Part shown: positions 61,201 through 64,000 of the stretch, in pieces
How the letters are laid out: each line of letters starts with the position of its first letter
Numbering within the stretch: position 1 is the stretch's first letter
Virus record (IMG/VR): IMGVR_UViG_3300028139_000001
Coordinates: 19,516 to 83,515 of that record
DNA from: a virus
Taxonomy: Duplodnaviria; Caudoviricetes
DNA: 64,000 nucleotides
Strand: one strand, 5' to 3'
Translations under genes and position numbers: made by a program
The notes under the pieces: model-generated
Told to the model about the DNA's origin: nothing
What the model saw: the letters and a program-made list of their open reading frames with translations, nothing else
Databases searched by the model: none

Positions 61201-62958
61201 CACCTTTCATTAGTTGTTCCTGTAGTGTGTTATAATAATGCTGAATTACATAAAAAACTAATTATAAAAGAAAATAGGGGTAAAGCTGGTATTTACCTAA
61301 TTTTTTTGTTTAGTTATTTATAAAATAAATAATAAAAAAAAAATAAGAATAAACAATATTAATGGTAAATCCTATGTAGGAAGTAGTATTAATCTTACCA
61401 TAAGATTTAATGTATATTTCAATAAAAATCGACTTTTAACTGGTTCTGGTAACAGTATGGCTATTTATCTAGCCATAGTTAAATACGGTTTGGAAAACTT
61501 AACTTTAGAAATCCTTGAATATTGTTGTAAAGATGCTACAATAGAAAGAGAACAGTTTTATTTAGATAAGTTTCAACCTGAATATTATCTGTTGAAAAAA
61601 GCTGGTTCAAATTTAGGATTTAAGCATAGTTTATTGTCAAGAAAAAAGATGAGTGATTTAGCATTAGGCCGTGTCGTCTCAGAACAAGCTCGGCTAAATT
61701 AGGGTGAAGCACTTAGTGGTCGTAAGCTATCTGAGTTTACAAAAGATTAGAAGTTATAAACATACTGAAGAAGCTAAATCAAGAATTAGCTTAGGTAACC
61801 TTAGAACTAGATCTGTACAGATAACAGATTCACATACGAAGGATATTACTACTTTTTCTACAATGACATTAGCTGCGGCACATCTTAATACTACTACTGC
61901 TACAATAGGAAGTTATATAAAAAGCCAGAAACTTTATAAAGATAGATATCTAATATCTATTCTATCAAAAAGCGATAGTTAATATTTTTTTTATGTTCAC
62001 ATTACAAGATAAATTTGATCTTAAATTCTCAATACATTATAACAGGGACAAGAAGCCCCGTATTTATATATTTAAGGAATCTATGGATAACTTACGTACT
62101 ATAGTTAAACCATATTTCATTAATGAAATGTTATATAAATTGGGTCTCTAAAGCTGTCACTTACATTTTTGTTTATTCTGGTATTAACTAGTTGTACTCA
62201 AATGTATGTTGATTTAATTTTTCGATCTTCTTCCTTTCTATGCGATATTAAGATCAATTCCTAACAAATTATTAGGAGTAATAGCAATGTTCTCTGCTAT
62301 TCTTATATTATTGTTATTATCTATTACAGATATTAGTAGAACAAGAGGTATGCAATTTAGACCATTAAGTAAAACAACCTTTTTTGTGTTTGTGTCTATT
62401 TTCTTAATATTAATGCAATTAGGAGCTAAACACGTAGAGTCTCCATTTATTGAATTTGGTCAAATTTGTACGGTTTTATATTTCTTATACTATACAATGG
62501 AGATGTGTGGTGTTACTTTTTTTGAAAATACTTTATTGGAAGTAAAGTTTGCGTTAGGTACAACTACACCAACACCAACACCATCACCAAAACTAATATC
62601 GTTACCAATGGATAATTTTTCTGAAGTTGTTATATTACAAAGTGTAATGTTAACAGAAGCAGTAGATATTATAGAGACAGTCATTAATAATTTACCTGCT
62701 GCTGAAGCAGTATACGATATGGCAAAAAATCAAGTTGGTGATACCTTAAATGCTATTGATGCGTGAGGTACTAGTGCGGTAGCATCCGTAGATTCAGCAG
62801 TTAATACAGCTCAAACCGCTAGTACTGAAGGGTTATCACCTGATACTGTCAAAGCATGTATAAACTCAGCTACTACATTAGCTGATGCAGGTAAAGCTGA
62901 AATAGAAGAAACAATCCAAGTTGCAAAAGAGATATATGAGAGTAGTCGGGATGCTTAA
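40227..62958 (+). CDS. cob: Apocytochrome b; exons 40227-40381, 41786-41831, 44997-45188, 47909-47921, 48516-48546, 51965-52017, 55911-55926, 57038-57354, 62225-62958 (last ~140 codons are a non-Cob extension)
   Basis: MRFLKSHP...WNFGSLL...YLHSNTAS...[20 protein letters not shown]...IVPEWYLLPFY. Intron sites 155, 201, 393, 406, 437, 490, 506, 823. Confidence 0.95.
40772..40832 (+). mobile_element. AT-rich hairpin element, family A
   Basis: TTA-T(n)-CTTTTGC...GCAAAAG-A(n)-TCA; second copy at 53187-53245. Confidence 0.87.
41325..41372 (+). mobile_element. AT-rich hairpin element, family B (frame-preserving)
   Basis: Reads [16 protein letters not shown] inside motif 2. Confidence 0.87.
42244..42960 (+). 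CDS. LAGLIDADG endonuclease inserted into motif 1 (GFTDA|) of another LAGLIDADG
   Basis: IGLLLSDG and AHLIMGDG; host resumes near 43005 (FLISIDRQY) and decays to ~44050. Confidence 0.82.
44100..44783 (+). pseudogene. GIY-YIG endonuclease with a hairpin insert in the GIY motif
   Basis: KSGIY[G]..[13 protein letters not shown]. Confidence 0.82.
44191..44238 (+). mobile_element. AT-rich hairpin element, family G
   Basis: Near-identical to 61298-61346. Confidence 0.82.
45189..46172 (+). CDS. GIY-YIG endonuclease in frame with cob exon 3
   Basis: [19 protein letters not shown]; stop TAG 46170-46172. Confidence 0.9.
46557..47855 (+). CDS. Double-motif LAGLIDADG endonuclease, intact
   Basis: [10 protein letters not shown] and LLGFVEGDG; track ORFs 46557, 46866 and 47520 are one frame. 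Confidence 0.88.
47922..48515 (+). mobile_element. ORF-less group I intron cob-406 (IC2-like core)
   Basis: Splits T|AT; GTGCAACGAGTAGATGG, AAGGTGTACTC. Confidence 0.87.
48900..50275 (+). CDS. Double-motif LAGLIDADG endonuclease (start uncertain)
   Basis: [12 protein letters not shown] and [12 protein letters not shown]; stop created inside a family B element. Confidence 0.83.
50263..50390. repeat. Family B element (reverse strand, 50263-50310) abutting a double-hairpin family D element (~50313-50390)
   Basis: AGCCTCAGCC...GCCGAGGCT enclosing hairpins TCCAACC/GGTTGGA and CTTATAAAATTTC/GAAATTTTATAAG. Confidence 0.82.
50434..51574 (+). CDS. Duplicate cob exon 6 start fused in frame to an intact LAGLIDADG endonuclease
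   Basis: [19 protein letters not shown]...[12 protein letters not shown]...[10 protein letters not shown]...; stop TAA 51572-51574. Confidence 0.85.
52717..52752 (-). mobile_element. GC-rich hairpin element, family D (36 nt, in frame)
   Basis: Reverse strand reads CAGCAAAGCAGCCCCAGTC...GCAAGGG; adds [12 protein letters not shown] between RKI and ETEKG. Confidence 0.82.
53187..53245 (+). mobile_element. AT-rich hairpin element, family A
   Basis: Same sequence and same GFV|AEG site as 40772. Confidence 0.87.
53652..53698 (+). mobile_element. AT-rich hairpin element, family B
   Basis: Lies immediately before GEGSF of motif 2. Confidence 0.87.
54590..55482 (+). pseudogene. GIY-YIG endonuclease fused to the upstream LAGLIDADG tail, broken by a family H insert (55053-55102)
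   Basis: [20 protein letters not shown]...LKIA[H]RLGSKHS. Confidence 0.82.
55927..56884 (+). CDS. Double-motif LAGLIDADG endonuclease in frame with exon 7
   Basis: [10 protein letters not shown] and [10 protein letters not shown]; stop at 56882-56884. Confidence 0.9.
55927..57037 (+). mobile_element. Group I intron cob-506
   Basis: Splits TT|T TCT. Confidence 0.92.
57956..57997 (+). mobile_element. AT-rich hairpin element, family C
   Basis: TTAC-T(n)...A(n)-GTTA between GFT and AEGSF. Confidence 0.75.
58697..58744 (+). mobile_element. GC-rich hairpin element, family D (48 nt, in frame)
   Basis: Inserted at ILP|FF. Confidence 0.9.
59955..60240. repeat. Cluster of hairpin elements (family I 59997-60038 reverse strand; family D 60180-60212)
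   Basis: Sequence identity to the 33450-33540 and 52717-52752 families. Confidence 0.75.
60241..61065 (+). CDS. GIY-YIG endonuclease (start uncertain)
   Basis: [20 protein letters not shown]; open to TAA 61063-61065. Confidence 0.83.
61200..61982 (+). pseudogene. GIY-YIG endonuclease with a family G insert (61298-61346) in the GIY motif
   Basis: KAGIY[G]..[13 protein letters not shown]; later stop and frameshift near 61700. Confidence 0.8.
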
Positions 62959-63023
62959 TCGTTAAATTACCATTAACTATTTTATATGCTGGTAGTTGAA
63001 AATAAATATAACGGCTACATTCC

Positions 63024-63187
63024 ATTAACTTGTATGCTATATACTTACGTTACCTAATAGCATAACAAATCCCAGAATATAAATAATTTTTATTTAAGCT
63101 GGAAAATGGCCTTTGTATATAAATATTTAAAGGGCTATTAAATGGGGAGAAGACTAAACTTATGTTGGTTAAAGCCCTATAAAAACA
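63024..63187 (+). ncRNA. Candidate structured RNA motif, copy 2
   Basis: See copy 1 at 38388-38550. Confidence 0.5.
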
Positions 63188-63294
63188 ATAGTATAAAAAG
63201 TAATATTAATCATTAGTAATTATTAATAAACGGATTTATCTTCATACTATGTATATTAATTTTTAATTTTATTCTAACCTACTATTATACAAAA

Positions 63295-63365
63295 TTCTTA
63301 TTAATGGTAGAACAAGATATACTTTATATCTAAGTATAAGTTTGAGTAGTATATTGATATACTCA
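63295..63365 (+). pseudogene. Possible degenerate tRNA (resembles fungal mitochondrial trnR-UCU)
   Basis: TTCTTATTA-ATGGTAGAACA...TAAGTTTGAGT; D stem partly deleted, anticodon and acceptor 3' strand not recoverable. Confidence 0.3.
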
Positions 63366-63502
63366 GTTTAAAGCATATATCTTATTTATATGTTTATATG
63401 CAAAATTAATTACCTTACGATATATAAGGTGCAGATTTATAGTATAGATGATACATGATTATCCTATACGAAATAGAGGTATTTATAATTTTTGTTTTAT
63501 AA

Positions 63503-63931
63503 ATGTTATTATCATCATTACTATTAACTCCCATACTAGGTGTACTTGCTATATATATTAATAAGCATAATGGAGTTTCACTGCGAAATATAAAATTCAT
63601 AGCGTTAACTACATCTATATTTAATTTATTTATATCATTAATAGTCTTAATTTTATTTGATTTTGGTACAAATCAGTTTCAATTTGTACAAGAATATCAT
63701 GAAATAAGTTATTTTGATTTATACCTAGGTGTAGACGGTTTATCAATTTATTTTATTCTATTAACTACAATAATCATTCCTATTTCACTAGTATCTAATT
63801 GAAAATCCATAACAAAAGATATAGAATCTTATGTTATTATAATACTATTGTTAGAAACTTTATTATTAGCGGTTTTCCTAGTATTAGATATTTTACTCTT
63901 TTACATTTTTTTTGAGTCAATTTTACCTCCT
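63503..63931 (+). CDS. nad4: NADH dehydrogenase subunit 4, exon 1 (partial gene)
   Basis: MLLSSLLLTPILG...LGVDGLSIYFILLTT...FYIFFESILPP. Confidence 0.93.
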
Positions 63932-64000
63932 GTATGAATATCTGGAAAATATTTTTTTATGGGATTTACTGCCAAATTCCGGGGAACCCCTAAAGCTTAA
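63932..64000 (+). mobile_element. Start of a group I intron in nad4
   Basis: Nad4 homology ends at CCT; AAATTCCGGGGAACCC P-like motif follows. Confidence 0.75.

Larger units (their letters stand above)
57560..62151 (+). pseudogene. LAGLIDADG endonuclease in four pieces (~57560-57726, ~59650-59955, ~61076-61141, ~61990-62151)
   Basis: VGILLGDG | [12 protein letters not shown]...PKGLAFW | [11 protein letters not shown]...EDVD | MFTLQDKF...MLYKLGL*. Confidence 0.8.
57355..62224 (+). mobile_element. Group I intron cob-823, multiply nested
   Basis: Splits T|AT; IB core at 57375-57515. Confidence 0.92.

Noticed and set aside
62575-62615. SPKLISLPM in the Cob extension as a third Cox1-tail copy
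   Set aside because: Only SLP matches and the KPH..F core is absent; too weak.

Overview
Mitochondrial DNA of a filamentous ascomycete, most likely Pleosporales (inferred from the in-frame cox1-cox2 fusion). It uses genetic code 4 (TGA=Trp), so the supplied ORF track breaks real genes at every TGA. All genes are on the + strand: trnC; cox1 (12 exons, 11 group I introns) running without a stop through a 53-codon linker into cox2 (4 exons, 3 introns); cob (9 exons, 8 introns, about 140-aa C-terminal extension); and exon 1 of nad4. The introns hold about 35 intact, fused, nested or decayed LAGLIDADG and GIY-YIG endonuclease genes (HEGs). Five things go beyond standard intron content. (1) Non-endonuclease membrane/coiled-coil cargo ORFs tagged with copies of the Cox1 tail and/or Cox2 head, one occupying cox1 intron 709. 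(2) AT-rich and GC-rich ~35-60-nt hairpin elements repeatedly inserted at equivalent conserved codons of unrelated HEGs. (3) Duplicated 3' splice acceptors and exon copies that would let one intron yield either the host protein or a fusion protein. (4) A group I intron nested inside a HEG, where splicing switches between two open fusion ORFs. (5) A covarying structured motif repeated downstream of cox2 and cob. All coordinates were derived by hand; no database searches were run.
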